From positions 3,497 to 67,496 of the forward strand of contig CAVYVQ010000043.1 in the NCBI GenBank assembly GCA_963771895.1: a stretch of DNA of 64,000 nucleotides, in the 5' to 3' direction. This DNA comes from an uncultured Acidobacteriaceae bacterium. Lineage in GTDB: Bacteria; Acidobacteriota; Terriglobia; Terriglobales; Acidobacteriaceae. Below the pieces are notes generated by a model. That model was not told where the DNA came from and did not search any database. It saw only the letters and a list, made by a program, of their open reading frames with translations. Below, piece by piece: positions 17,064 to 27,176 of the stretch. Made by a program: the position numbers and the translations under genes. Each line of letters opens with the position of its first letter. The first letter of the stretch is position 1.

Positions 17064-20000
17064 CTATTCTTCGTCCATGCCGGCGTCGTCCTGATGCGGG
17101 TCTGATTCTATGTGTACTTCCGGCAAGTTTGCGGCGCGGAGTTCGCCATTGAGCGCGGGAAGATCGGAAGCCTTCAGCGCATTCCAACGCTTCATTACAT
17201 CCAAGGCGTCGTGTTCGGTGGCCGCGATAGCTTCAGACTGTGCTGCGGTGGGTTCGGCATCGGCCTGCCACACCTGGCCGTATAAGACGGCTACTTGCCC
17301 GTTCACCCGCGCGAGAGTGATTTGATCAGCGGGCGGTGCAGCGAGCCGGCTGGCCCTCCAAGAACTGCCGCGAGTTTGGCCTGGAAAGCCTGAATGGAAT
17401 CGCGGGCCGTGCCGGTGGCTTGCTGGCTGAGTTTTTGCAACGGGTCGCGAATCGATCCGGCTTGCATTACAGCCCTTGAGGTTTGGCTCAAAAGCGATGC
17501 CAAGCGCATTTCAAGCTGGAATTTCTTCTCGAGGCCGGCTGCCGAGATTTGTACGCGAGGATCCATCTTCACCGTGAAGGGGGTGGTGTAGCTCTTCCCG
17601 TTAGCGGTAAGCCGTGCGGTGTAGGCGCCGGGCAAAGCTGTGGGACCGAGTGGGTAACGGGGCGTGTCTCCCGGAATCGCAGCGATGGGATACTCGTGGC
17701 GGGGGGAAGCGGGCGCGGGATAGTGCAGATCCCATACCCAGCGGTGCATGCCGCGTCGGACGGCAGAGCGCGAAAAGGACGCAACCAATAAAGAGGAATG
17801 AGTTGTTTCTTCAGGTCAGCTTCCGAGACGTCGGGCTTATCGTCGCTGGAAAATTTGCGAACGAGCTTGCCGTGAGCGTCGAGGATCTCGATAGCGATGG
17901 GAGCAGACGCGTCGCGCGACAAATAGTAGTCAACGATCACGCCATTGGGCGGATTGGCGGCAGCAGGCTCGTCGGGCGGAAGCGGCGTGTCCGTGTTGGT
18001 GTCGCGCTGCACGCGGTAGGCCGGGGCCGGAGTGAAAAGATGGGCATCGGCGGCGGAGAACGAAGCGGCCACTTCGCGCAGCGGCGTAATGTCATCCAGA
18101 ATCCAGAACGAGCGGCCGTGCGTGGCTACGATCAGGTCATTGTCGTGAATCCAAAGATCGCGCATCGACGTGTGCGGTAGATTCAGCTGAAGGGATTGCC
18201 AGTGATCTCCGTCATCGAACGAGACCCAAACCGAATTCTCCGTGCCAGCAAACAGCAGGCCTTTGCGCTCGGGATCTTCGCGCACCGTATCCACAGGGCC
18301 GAAGGCGGGGAGGCCGGTGGTGATCAGCTTCCAGGTTTTGCCGCCATCGTGAGTGCGGTAAATGTACGGCTGCTCATCGTTGATGCGGAAGCGGCTTACG
18401 GAAGCATAGGCGGAGTTGTCGTCGAAATGCGAGGCGTTAATCTGCGTGACCTTGCTCCAGGGCGTGAGTTCCTTCGGAGTAATGTCGTTCCACTTCTTGC
18501 CACCGTCGCGCGTTTGCCAGATTAGGCCGTCGTCGGTGCCGGCCCAGAGCGTGTCGATGTTCTTGAACGAAGGGGCGAGCGCGTAGATCACCCCACGCTT
18601 CTTCTCGGCGCCCTTAGGGATGAGATTGCCCACGCTGGCCGGGGCTCCGGGATTCTGACGAGTGAGATCGTCGCTGATGGCCTGCCAGGAATTTCCGCCA
18701 TCAATAGTCTTGAAGAGCACATTGCTGGCGAAATAAAGTGTGTGCGGGTCGAGAGGCGAGAACATCGTGGGCTCGCTGCGGTCGGTGCGGTATTTCTCGT
18801 TGCGGACCGGGATCGGTGTGATGTTCTGCACCTGGCCAGTGGACCAGTGAAACTTCGAGACTTCATTTCTGCCGCCGCCATAGATAATGTCAGGGTCGAG
18901 CGGATCGGGAGCGACGTAGCCATACTCGATCACGCCAACGGGATGCCACTCGCGGAACGTGATAGCGCCGTCGTTGCCCCGGCTGGAGATGCAGACCGAA
19001 CCGCTCTCCTGCTGGCCTCCGCAGACACGATAGGGGAAGGTGGGAGTTACTGAGACGTGATAAATCTGCGCCGTGGGCTGGTTGTACCACGAACTCCAGG
19101 AGGCCCCGCCATTGACAGTGACGAGGGCGCCCTGGTCGCTGACGAGAAGAATAATGTTGGGGTCGTTGGGATTAATCCACAGATTCTGGTAGTCGTCGCC
19201 GCCGGGAGCACCGCGGAATCCTGACCATGTCTTCCCGCCATCGGTGGATTTCATAGTGACGGTGCTGGCGCTATAAACGACGTCTTCATTCTTGGAATCG
19301 ACTCAGGAATGGGAAGGTCGCCGCCACCGATGCGGCCGGAAGGACGGGGATCGTCCGTTATTTTGGCCCAGCTTTCTCCCGCATCGTCCGACCGGTAGAC
19401 TGCGAGTCCGCCGGAGGCTGTCCCTAGCGTGGCGTAGAGCCGCCGCGGGATCAGTCGGAGCGATTGCGACATAGATTTGCGAGAGATCTTTCGGCAGGCC
19501 GTTGGTAAGAGGATGCCAGGTGTTGCCGCCGTCAGCGGACTTGAACAGTCCGCCGCCGGTTCCGTTGACTTCGTTGCCGTCCTCCCATGGACCTTCGCGC
19601 GCTTCCCACATCGAAGCATAAATTACGTCGGGATTGGAGAGATCAATCTCTACGTCGGAGGCTCCAGTATTCTCGTCTTTGTAAATGACCTTCTGCCAGC
19701 TCTGGCCGCCATCGGTGGAACGGAAAAGGCCGCGCTCTTCATTTGGGCCGTAGGGATGGCCGAGCACGGCGGCGAAAACTCGATTGGGGTCGCGAGGATC
19801 GATGGCGAGCGCAGGAATTTGCAAACCGTCGCGCAATCCTAGATGAGTCCAGTTCTTTCCAGCGTCAGTCGATTTGTAGATTCCGTTGCCGACCGAGAGA
19901 TCGGGGCGGTGCAGGCCTTCGCCGCTGGCGACATAAATGATATTGGGATTTGAAGGCGCTACTGCGATGGCGCCGATCGACTGCGTGGACTCGTGGTCGA

Positions 20001-20253
20001 AGATCGGTGTCCAGATGCGGCCGTAATCGTCCGACTTCCATACTCCGCCGTTGACCTGGGCCATGTAGAAGACATTTGGCTGGCTCGGGACGCCGGCGGC
20101 GGCGCGGGTGCGGCCTCCGCGAAACGGGCCGATCATGCGCCAATGCAAATCCTGATAGGTATTCTCGGGAACCTGCTGTGCGGTGCTCGATCCGGCGGAC
20201 AGCAAGAGCGAAACGCAGACGAACAGACGAAGGACTAGCTTGGATCTGGTCAA
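17064..20253 (-). pseudogene. BNR/Asp-box (sortilin/VPS10-type) repeat protein, ~1060 aa, split over five reading-frame segments
   Basis: Signal peptide MTRSKLVLRLFVCVSLLLSAGSSTAQQ. About ten SxDxGxTW boxes, including STDAGKNW, STDGGQSW, SADGGNTW, SDDAGESW, STDGGKTW, TIDGGNSW, TRDGGKKW, THDGGKTW and SFDDGDHW. The sequence continues across ORFs 19303..20253, 19251..19619, 17569..19254, 17303..17788 and 17064..17306. Frame switches are near 19446-19448, 19302-19308, 17773-17776 and 17345-17356. Confidence 0.8.
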
Positions 20254-20338
20254 TAGCCCCCCTCAAACTCCGAACCGCAAACTAGACAGAATAAACTAAA
20301 ACCGCGGTGATGGCGGATGGATCGTTCGGCTGACGAAT

Positions 20339-21262
20339 CTAGCCAATCGCGGCCAAGGTTTGTTCCATGCCGCCCACCTTCGGGGCTGGCGTTGCTCCGG
20401 ACTGACTGGCGACCCACGCACCGACGCGGTTGGCGTTTTCGTTTATTTGGGCGAGCGGTGTCCCCCGTAGATATCCGTGCACCAGTGCCGCGGTGAAGGC
20501 ATCGCCGGCGCCGACGGTATCAGCGACTTTCACCTGGAAGCCGGGATGTTCGCTGCATTCGTCGGCGGATATCAGCAGGCTGCCGCCATTGCCGCGAGTA
20601 ATGCAAACCAGCTTCAGACCGTGCACCGACAGCAAACGCCGCGCCGAGTCTTCCACGCGGTGATGTTCCAGTTCGAACAATCGCATGATTCTGGGAAGTT
20701 CTTCATAATTGAGTTTGACGAGGGTTGCGAGCATCATCGATTCCGCGAGGACTTGTGCGGAAAAGAAGCTCTGCCGGAGGTTGACGTCGAAGACCCGCAC
20801 GGCGTCTCGCTGGCGTGCAGCCAGCACAAACTTGCGGATGGTGGCGCGACTACGTTCCGAGCGTTGCGCCAGAGATCCAAAGCACACGGCATCGGCCTGT
20901 TGTGCCAGCCTCCGCCATTGCGGAGTCCACTCGAGAAAATCCCAGGCGACGGACTCGGAAATTTCAAAGCGCGGCTGACCGGCGGCGTCTACTTCGACCT
21001 GAACAGTTCCCGTCGGATGGTCCGCGTCTTCTTGAATGAATGCGGTGGGGAGAGCGAGTTCGCGGAGGCGAAGAATCGCCTCTTCACCCAGGGCGTCCTG
21101 GCCAAGTCGGCTGGCTGGGATTCCCTCATCGCCGAGTAGTGAGGTGATGTAAGCGAAGTTGGCCGGTGCTCCGCCCAGTTGTTTCCCGGCGGGCAACAAG
21201 TCCCAAAGCAATTCGCCCAGACCGACCACGATGTGTCTCTTGCTCACGGCTGAGCCTTCCAC
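20339..21262 (-). CDS. PfkB-family sugar kinase (fructokinase-like)
   Basis: GELLWDLLPAGKQLGGAPANFA at the N-terminus and DTVGAGDAF near the C-terminus. GTG starts at 21262 or 21247; the latter has GGAAGG upstream. Confidence 0.8.
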   Translation of the reverse strand: MEGSAVSKRHIVVGLGELLWDLLPAGKQLGGAPANFAYITSLLGDEGIPASRLGQDALGEEAILRLRELALPTAFIQEDADHPTGTVQVEVDAAGQPRFEISESVAWDFLEWTPQWRRLAQQADAVCFGSLAQRSERSRATIRKFVLAARQRDAVRVFDVNLRQSFFSAQVLAESMMLATLVKLNYEELPRIMRLFELEHHRVEDSARRLLSVHGLKLVCITRGNGGSLLISADECSEHPGFQVKVADTVGAGDAFTAALVHGYLRGTPLAQINENANRVGAWVASQSGATPAPKVGGMEQTLAAIG

Positions 21263-21412
21263 GAAGCGGCGGGCAGTTGCAGGAACGGCCTGACTGGCGG
21301 AGAATCGGGAGGCGGAAATCCAGGTTGAGAGAATTTAAGGTCCGAAAGCCGAGATTGAGCCATAGAGCAGGTCTCGCCACAAGATCGGCCAAGCTCGACG
21401 GTCACAATTGCC

Positions 21413-22499
21413 ATGATTCAATCCATTCATACCAAGAGCTGGATAAAGCTGTTCACGCTGCTTCTGGCGCTGGCCTCACAGGATAGCGCAACTTGGCCGT
21501 TCGGAGCATGGCAGCGTGTTTCCGAGACTCCCGTGATCTCTCCCCAAGGGGACGGATGGGAATCGGCGGGCACCTTTAATCCTGCCGTGGTTCTTCGCGA
21601 CGGGAAAATCGTCATGCTTTACCGGGCCCAGGATAAGGGTGGCACGTCGCGCCTGGGTTATGCCGAGAGCGCGGACGGAATCCACTTCACGCGCCGGAGC
21701 GAGCCTGTGCTTTCCCCGAGAAAGACTATGAAAGAGATGGAGGCGTGGAAGATCCGCGACTGGTGCAGTTCGGCGACACCTATTACTTGACTTATACGGG
21801 CTACAACAAGAAAGACGCGCAACTGTGTCTGGCGACTTCGAAAGATCTCATCCACTGGGAGCGAAAAGGCGTAATTCTTCCTGCCTACAAGGGACGCTGG
21901 AATGTTCGCTGGACGAAGTCGGGGGCGATTGTGCCGGAAAAGATTCAAGGCAAATATTGGATGTACTTTCTCGGAACGACCGCGGACAACAACGACCAGA
22001 TGGGGCTGGCCTCTTCGACGGACCTGTTGCATTGGACGGACGAGACCAATGCTCCAGTGTTACCTGTGCGGGCGGGAAGTTTGATTCTCGCGTGGCCGAA
22101 CCGGGGCCTGCTCCGATCGTCACGCCGAAGGGGATTGTTCTCATCTACAACGGCGCCGACGACAAACTGGTATACCGCACAGGTGTTGCGATGTTCGATC
22201 ACAACGACCCGCGCGTATTGATCTCGCGTACCGAGGCTGGAATTTTCGCTCCGGAGAAGCAATGGGAGAAAGTGGGCCAGGTCCCGAATGTTGTGTTCGT
22301 GGAAGGAATGGTGCGGCGAGGAGAACGGTATTTGTTCTACTACGGCGGTGCGGATACTTATGTCGGCGTGGCAGAAGCGCCCACTGTCCGAACTTTCACT
22401 AATGTTTCACGGACTTCGGGTTTGCCTGGAACTGCATGGTACGAACGATCCCTTCGCCTTCTTTCACAAAGATCTACTGGTTTGCCGTTACATCCTTGA
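21413..22499 (+). pseudogene. GH130-family glycosidase/phosphorylase (PH1107-related), two frame breaks
   Basis: GTFNPAVVLRDGKIVMLYRA (frame 1). EKDYERDGGVEDPRLVQFGDTYYLTYTGYN...KSGAIVPEKIQGKYWMYF (frame 2). GKFDSRVAEPGPAPIVTPKGIVLIYNGAD...VVFVEGMVRRGERYLFYYGGADTYVGVA (frame 3). Frame switches are at the C-run 21714-21717 and at 22074-22078. The 3' end is uncertain. Confidence 0.75.
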
Positions 22500-23143
22500 G
22501 CGTGTCGATCTGGCCGCTGGGCCAGCGGATTTCCAGGAGATCGACCTTCTCAGCTTTTCCCAATCCGAAATGGATGCGCAAGTCGTTCTGCGAAATGTAG
22601 CTGCCTCCGCTGCGAACTTCATCGATCTGCTGGTGAGGCTTGGATTCTCCGGCGGGAGGGTCACGCAGGTTAAGCGCGCGCCAATGCTGCTTCGATTGGA
22701 TTTCGTGCCGATGGTGCGAACCTTGATCCAGTTGTTGCCCGTGCTGGAACTGGAGTGTAGGAGTTGGGGAAAGTCGTTGACGGTATTGACGACCACGTCG
22801 ATGTTGCCGTCGTTGTCGAAGTCGCCGAAGGCACAACCACGCGCAGGCACGGGGTCGGAGATGCCTGTACCGGCCTGCAGAGAAACGTCGGCGAAATGGC
22901 CCATTGCGCAAGTTCCGGTAGAGCAGTTTGCGCTGGGGATAACCGGCGACGGTCTTCAGGTGCTCGACTTCGGGATAGACGTGGCCGTTGCAGATCAAGA
23001 TGTCGGGCCAGCCGTCGTTATCGAAGTCGAAAAAGCCTCAGCCCCAGCCGAGAAACTGCGTGTGCGCGCCCAGGCCCGCGGAGAAGGTGGCGTCCTCAAA
23101 GCCGCCTCCGCCGAGATTGTGGTAAAGCGAAGGAACGTCGGCG
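22399..23143 (-). pseudogene. 5'-truncated, decayed remnant of a CRTAC1-family (FG-GAP/VCBS repeats plus ASPIC/UnbV) gene
   Basis: Minus-strand reading: ADVPSLYHNLGGGGFEDATFSAGL..FLGWG-TGA(23038-23040)-GFFDFDNDGWPDILICNGH.., frame shift, ..CAFGDFDNDGNIDVVVN.., frame shift, ..GGSYISQNDLRIHFGLGKAEKVDLLEIRWPSGQIDTLKDVTANQ-TAG(22474-22476)-IFVKEGEGIVRTMQFQANPKSVKH-stop(22399-22401). Recognisable sequence begins directly at the glpK stop codon. Confidence 0.6.
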
Positions 23144-24634
23144 CTACACTCGCTCCCAAGATTTGGCGCGGGAGATTGCTTCATTCCAGCGCTGTCGCAT
23201 GGCGACCACTTGAGACAGTGGTAGGTGTGGTTCAAAGCGGCGTTCCTCTCGTGGCAAATCAGAAATGGACTGCACTTCCTTCCAGAATCCAGCGCCCAGG
23301 CCAGCTAGAAATGCGGCGCCGAGCGCGGTTGTTTCCGTCATGGCAGGGCGCACCACGGGAACGCCGAGAATGTCTGCCTGAAATTGCATGAGACTGTCAT
23401 TGGCGGATGCGCCGCCATCCACGCGCAACTCCTGCAGAGGAGTGTCAGTGTCGGTCTGAACCGCATCCATGAGATCGGCGACCTGGAATGCGATGCTTTC
23501 CAAAGCCGCGCGCGCGATGTGGCCTGCGTTGCTGCCACGCGTGAGCCCAAAGATTGCGCCACGTGCGTAAGAATCCCAGTGCGGAGCGCCGAGGCCCACG
23601 AAGGCAGGGACGAAGTACACTCCTCCGTTATCAGAAACAGAATTCGCCAGCGCTTCCACTTCCGATGAGCTGCGAATGATTCCCAAGCCGTCGCGCAACC
23701 ATTGAACCACGGCTCCGCCCACGAACACGCTGCCTTCGAGTGCGTAATGCGTGTCATGGCCGATTCTCCAGGCAACCGTTGTGAGCAGGCGATGCTTGGA
23801 TGCGACAGCGCGGGTGCCCGTGCTCTGCAACATGAAGCAGCCCGTGCCGTAAGTATTCTTGGTGAGGCCGGGGCTAATGCATCTTTGCCCAAAGAGTGCG
23901 GCTTGCTGATCGCCTGCAATGCCTGCGATCGGAATGCCGTTGAGGCCCGGGACAGAGCTTACTTCTCCGTAAACTTCACTGGAGGGCCGGACTGCGGGCA
24001 ACATCGATGCGGGAATTCGGAAGAGATCGAGAAGATCGCTATCCCAGCAGCCGGAATGAAGATTGAAAAGCATGGTGCGGGAGGCGTTGCTGGCGTCGGT
24101 AACGTGCACGCTGCCGCCAGTCAACTTCCACAGCAGCCAGGTATCGACGGTGCCAAACGCAAGGCGGCCTGCTTCGGCGAGTTGGCGGGCGTTCGGAACG
24201 TGTTCCAGAATCCAGGAAATTTTGCTGCCGGAGAAGTAGGCGTCGATCAGCAACCCAGTGCGTTGCTGTATCAGATTCTCGTGGCCTTGAGCTTTGAGTT
24301 GCTCGCAAAAAGAGGCGGTGCGGCGATCCTGCCAGACAATCGCGTTGTAGATGGGCTTGCCGGTGGCGCGGTCCCAGACAATGGTGGTTTCCCGCTGATT
24401 GGTGATGCCGATGGCGGCTATCTCGCTGGGCTGTGCTTTGGCTTTGGCCAGGGCTTCGAGGGCAACGGCGATCTGCGACGCGGCGATTTCTTCGGGATCA
24501 TGCTCGACCCATCCGGGCTCGGGAAAGATTTGCGTGAATTCGCGCTGGGCTACGGATCGCACGGCGCCGTGCTCGTCAAATAAAAGGGCTCGCGAACTCG
24601 TTGTGCCCTGATCGAGAGAGAGAATGTAAGGCAA
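23144..24634 (-). CDS. glpK: glycerol kinase
   Basis: 496 aa. [23 protein letters not shown]..., FHGY/FGGY-kinase pattern throughout, ..[13 protein letters not shown].., ..[21 protein letters not shown].. Confidence 0.95.
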   Translation of the reverse strand: MPYILSLDQGTTSSRALLFDEHGAVRSVAQREFTQIFPEPGWVEHDPEEIAASQIAVALEALAKAKAQPSEIAAIGITNQRETTIVWDRATGKPIYNAIVWQDRRTASFCEQLKAQGHENLIQQRTGLLIDAYFSGSKISWILEHVPNARQLAEAGRLAFGTVDTWLLWKLTGGSVHVTDASNASRTMLFNLHSGCWDSDLLDLFRIPASMLPAVRPSSEVYGEVSSVPGLNGIPIAGIAGDQQAALFGQRCISPGLTKNTYGTGCFMLQSTGTRAVASKHRLLTTVAWRIGHDTHYALEGSVFVGGAVVQWLRDGLGIIRSSSEVEALANSVSDNGGVYFVPAFVGLGAPHWDSYARGAIFGLTRGSNAGHIARAALESIAFQVADLMDAVQTDTDTPLQELRVDGGASANDSLMQFQADILGVPVVRPAMTETTALGAAFLAGLGAGFWKEVQSISDLPREERRFEPHLPLSQVVAMRQRWNEAISRAKSWERV

Positions 24635-24674
24635 ACGGCCTCCTGTTTCTGCGCTTGTTACTTAGGACACCGAG

Positions 24675-25457
24675 CTATGACGACTGGAACGCGCGCAGGA
24701 ATCGTCGAATCCCGAAATCGTAGACAGCGGCGCCAACCAATCCTCCCAGCAACGGCGCAACCACTGGCACCCACCACACCCGAGGGCCATCGGTGAGGCC
24801 GTTGTTTTTGAATCCAGCCACAGCGGTGAAAAGGCGCGGGCCAAAATCGCGTGCGGGATTAATCGCGTATCCATGCATGCCGCCGAAGCTCATACCAATG
24901 GCTACGACCACCAGTCCGATCATCGCAGGAGCGAGGTTGGCTCCGGGAGGGACGTTGAGTTCGTCCGTGATCGCCAGTACCAGGAGCAGTAGCAGAGCGG
25001 TGCCGATGACCTGATCGAGGAATCCAGCTTGAGGCCATTCCGGAAAGGCGGGAAAAGTCGTAAAGACGCCGGCGGTTTTTTCCAGTTGGGGGTCCAACCG
25101 GTGGAAGGCGGGTAGATAATTTCGGTATACAAGAGCCGCGGCGAGGAATGCCCCCGCCGTCTGCGCGATGGAGTAAGGCACGACCTTACGCCAGGAAAAG
25201 CGACGGAATACCGCAAGCGTAAGGGTGACTGCCGGGTTGAGATGCCCGCCAGAAACTTTTCCGGCAATGTAGATTCCCATGGTCACCGCGAGTCCCCACC
25301 CTAGTGTGATGTTGGTATATCCGCCGTGAACGGTCCCGGAAGGAGCATTCGAGGGGAACAGAACGACCATCGCGACCACCCCCGAGCCAAAGAGAATCAA
25401 TACGAACGTTCCCAGGAATTCGGCAATCAACTCGGCAACCAGGGTGGGCTTGTTCAT
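24675..25457 (-). CDS. glpF: aquaglyceroporin / glycerol uptake facilitator (MIP family)
   Basis: 260 aa, six hydrophobic helices, two NPA boxes (SGGHLNPAVTL and YAINPARDFGPR). Lies immediately upstream of glpK on the same strand. Confidence 0.9.
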   Translation of the reverse strand: MNKPTLVAELIAEFLGTFVLILFGSGVVAMVVLFPSNAPSGTVHGGYTNITLGWGLAVTMGIYIAGKVSGGHLNPAVTLTLAVFRRFSWRKVVPYSIAQTAGAFLAAALVYRNYLPAFHRLDPQLEKTAGVFTTFPAFPEWPQAGFLDQVIGTALLLLLVLAITDELNVPPGANLAPAMIGLVVVAIGMSFGGMHGYAINPARDFGPRLFTAVAGFKNNGLTDGPRVWWVPVVAPLLGGLVGAAVYDFGIRRFLRAFQSS

Positions 25458-25620
25458 GCGGCGTGCTCCTGTTGCTCGCGGCTTTCGAGCCGCGAGTAGT
25501 CTAGCAAGGATTTCGGTCCGCGCCCCGGCTTTCGGTTTTCGATGAGTCGGCTTCTCTGCAGGCGCGGCGGGTGATTCCAGAGAAGGTTACCAAGAATGGG
25601 AACGGCAGCGGCGTTTTTCC

Positions 25621-25648
25621 TTGACAGGGAGGGCGAGCCCTGTAAGAT
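25621..25648 (+). promoter_or_regulatory. sigma70-like promoter of the arg operon
   Basis: TTGACA (25621-25626), a 16-nt spacer, then TAAGAT (25643-25648), about 40 nt upstream of the argR ATG. Confidence 0.4.
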
Positions 25649-25650
25649 AG

Positions 25651-25684
25651 AGAATATTTATTCATTTAGATGAATAAATATTCA
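25651..25684. promoter_or_regulatory. double ARG box (ArgR operator)
   Basis: The perfect 14-nt inverted arms gaatatttattcat (25652-25665) and atgaataaatattc (25670-25683) are separated by ttag. Each half contains a TGAATA-AA-TATTCA-type ARG-box core. The site ends 3 nt before the argR ATG. Confidence 0.7.
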
Positions 25685-25686
25685 CA

Positions 25687-26130
25687 ATGAATAAAGCCCT
25701 GCGCCAGAGAGCTGTTTTGGAAGCGTTGCGGCAGGGTCCCGTGGCCAGCCAGGAAGATTTGCAGCGGGCGTTGCGCAAGCGGGGGTTCAAGGTGGGACAG
25801 GCGACGCTGTCGCGGGATATTCGCGATCTGAATCTGAGCAAGACGGCGGCCGGCTACACACTGCTTCAAGGGGAAGGCGCCGCGGCCCTGGCTTTGCCGC
25901 CGGTGCAGCGACTGGTTCGCGAGTTCGTGCTGGACGTGCGGCCCGCGCAGAACCTGCTGGTGGTGAAAACGATTGTAGGCAGCGCTCAGCCTGTGGCGGC
26001 GGCGCTCGATGAACAGGAATGGGAGGAAGTAGTGGGAACGATTGCCGGTGACGACGCGATTCTGATTGTTTGTCCCGACAAGGATGCTGCCAAAAAGGTC
26101 ACAGTGCGGATCGAGGAGATGCTCGGCTGA
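25687..26130 (+). CDS. argR: arginine repressor
   Basis: 147 aa. Winged-helix N-terminus (QEDLQRALRKRGFKVGQATLSRDIRDLNL) and C-terminal oligomerisation domain (GTIAGDDAILIV). Confidence 0.9.
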   Translation: MNKALRQRAVLEALRQGPVASQEDLQRALRKRGFKVGQATLSRDIRDLNLSKTAAGYTLLQGEGAAALALPPVQRLVREFVLDVRPAQNLLVVKTIVGSAQPVAAALDEQEWEEVVGTIAGDDAILIVCPDKDAAKKVTVRIEEMLG

Positions 26131-27176
26131 TGTCAGCGAAGCTCAAAAGCGCGGTGCTCGGAGCGAGCGGTTACTCGGGACTCGAGTTGACGCGCCTTCT
26201 CGAACGCCATCCGCGGCTGGAGAGGCCCCTGCTGTTCCGTCGTGAAAATGGGAGCGACGGTGCTACGGATTTGGCGGAAGTGTTTCCCGAGTTGTCCGGC
26301 AATGGAGGCTATCCGCTGCGGCCGCTTTCGTGGCCGGAGCTGAAAAGGCAGGGTGTGCAGTTGCTTTTTCTGGCTACGCCTCACGAAGCGTCGCGGTCGC
26401 TTATGCCGGAGGCTATCGCGCAGGGTTTGCGCGTGATCGATCTGAGCGGCGCGTGGAGACTGAAGCAGGCGCAGCATCGTGCGATCTACTCGTTCCAGGA
26501 CGCGAATGCAGTCACGGCCGCGGAATTGACAACCAAGGCGGTGTATGGACTGCCGGAGTTGAACGGCGACCGCATTGCGGCGGCTCAGTTGGTGGCGAAT
26601 CCGGGTTGCTATGCGACCGCGGTGATTCTGGCTTTGGCTCCGCTGTTGCAGGCGGGGTTGGTCGATCGGAAGCATGGCATTGTCTCCGACTCGAAGTCGG
26701 GAGTTTCTGGAGCGGGCAAGGCGCCTACGTCGCGTACCCATTTCGTGTCGGTGGCTGACAATCTCTCTGCCTACTCGGTGTTCAATCATCGGCATCTGGG
26801 AGAGATGGTCGAGCAGTTGGGATTGGAAGACGCGGAGCTGACTTTCACTCCACACCTGCTACCGATCCCGCGCGGGATTCTATCAACCATCTACGTCCAT
26901 CTGAACCGGGCGATGCAGTCGGCGGAGATTGAATCCTGTCTGCGCGATTTTTATTCGGGCAAACATTGGGTGCGAGTGTTTGCGACGCCGATGCTCCCGC
27001 AGTTGCAGTTTTCGCTGCATACGAACTACTGCGATCTGGGTTTTTGCCTGGCGGAGGACGGCCGGCGGCTGGTGCTGGTTTCCTGCGTCGACAATTTGCT
27101 GAAAGGCGCGGCAGGACAGGCCGTGCAGAACATGAATCTGATGTATCAGTGGGAAGAGCGGGAGGGTTTGCAGTGA
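26130..27176 (+). CDS. argC: N-acetyl-gamma-glutamyl-phosphate reductase
   Basis: The ATG overlaps the argR TGA by 1 nt (cTGATG). MSAKLKSAVLGASGYSGLELTRLL, catalytic NPGCYATA. The longer ORF start at 26070 overlaps argR and was not used. Confidence 0.95.
   Translation: MSAKLKSAVLGASGYSGLELTRLLERHPRLERPLLFRRENGSDGATDLAEVFPELSGNGGYPLRPLSWPELKRQGVQLLFLATPHEASRSLMPEAIAQGLRVIDLSGAWRLKQAQHRAIYSFQDANAVTAAELTTKAVYGLPELNGDRIAAAQLVANPGCYATAVILALAPLLQAGLVDRKHGIVSDSKSGVSGAGKAPTSRTHFVSVADNLSAYSVFNHRHLGEMVEQLGLEDAELTFTPHLLPIPRGILSTIYVHLNRAMQSAEIESCLRDFYSGKHWVRVFATPMLPQLQFSLHTNYCDLGFCLAEDGRRLVLVSCVDNLLKGAAGQAVQNMNLMYQWEEREGLQ

Noticed and set aside
22288-23391. 367-aa + strand ORF spanning the GH130 3' end, the CRTAC1 remnant and the glpK 3' end
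   Set aside because: No recognisable domain. It overlaps three better-supported coding regions on both strands. Its composition is consistent with a chance open frame in GC-rich DNA. The same reasoning applies to 23702..24583, 14556..15299, 7575..8366, 42097..42789 and 63022..63957.
26070-27172. Longer upstream starts offered by the ORF track for argC (26070) and argB (26966)
   Set aside because: These extensions overlap the preceding gene and translate to non-homologous sequence. The conserved N-termini begin at ATG 26130 and GTG 27173, each forming a typical coupled overlap with the upstream stop.
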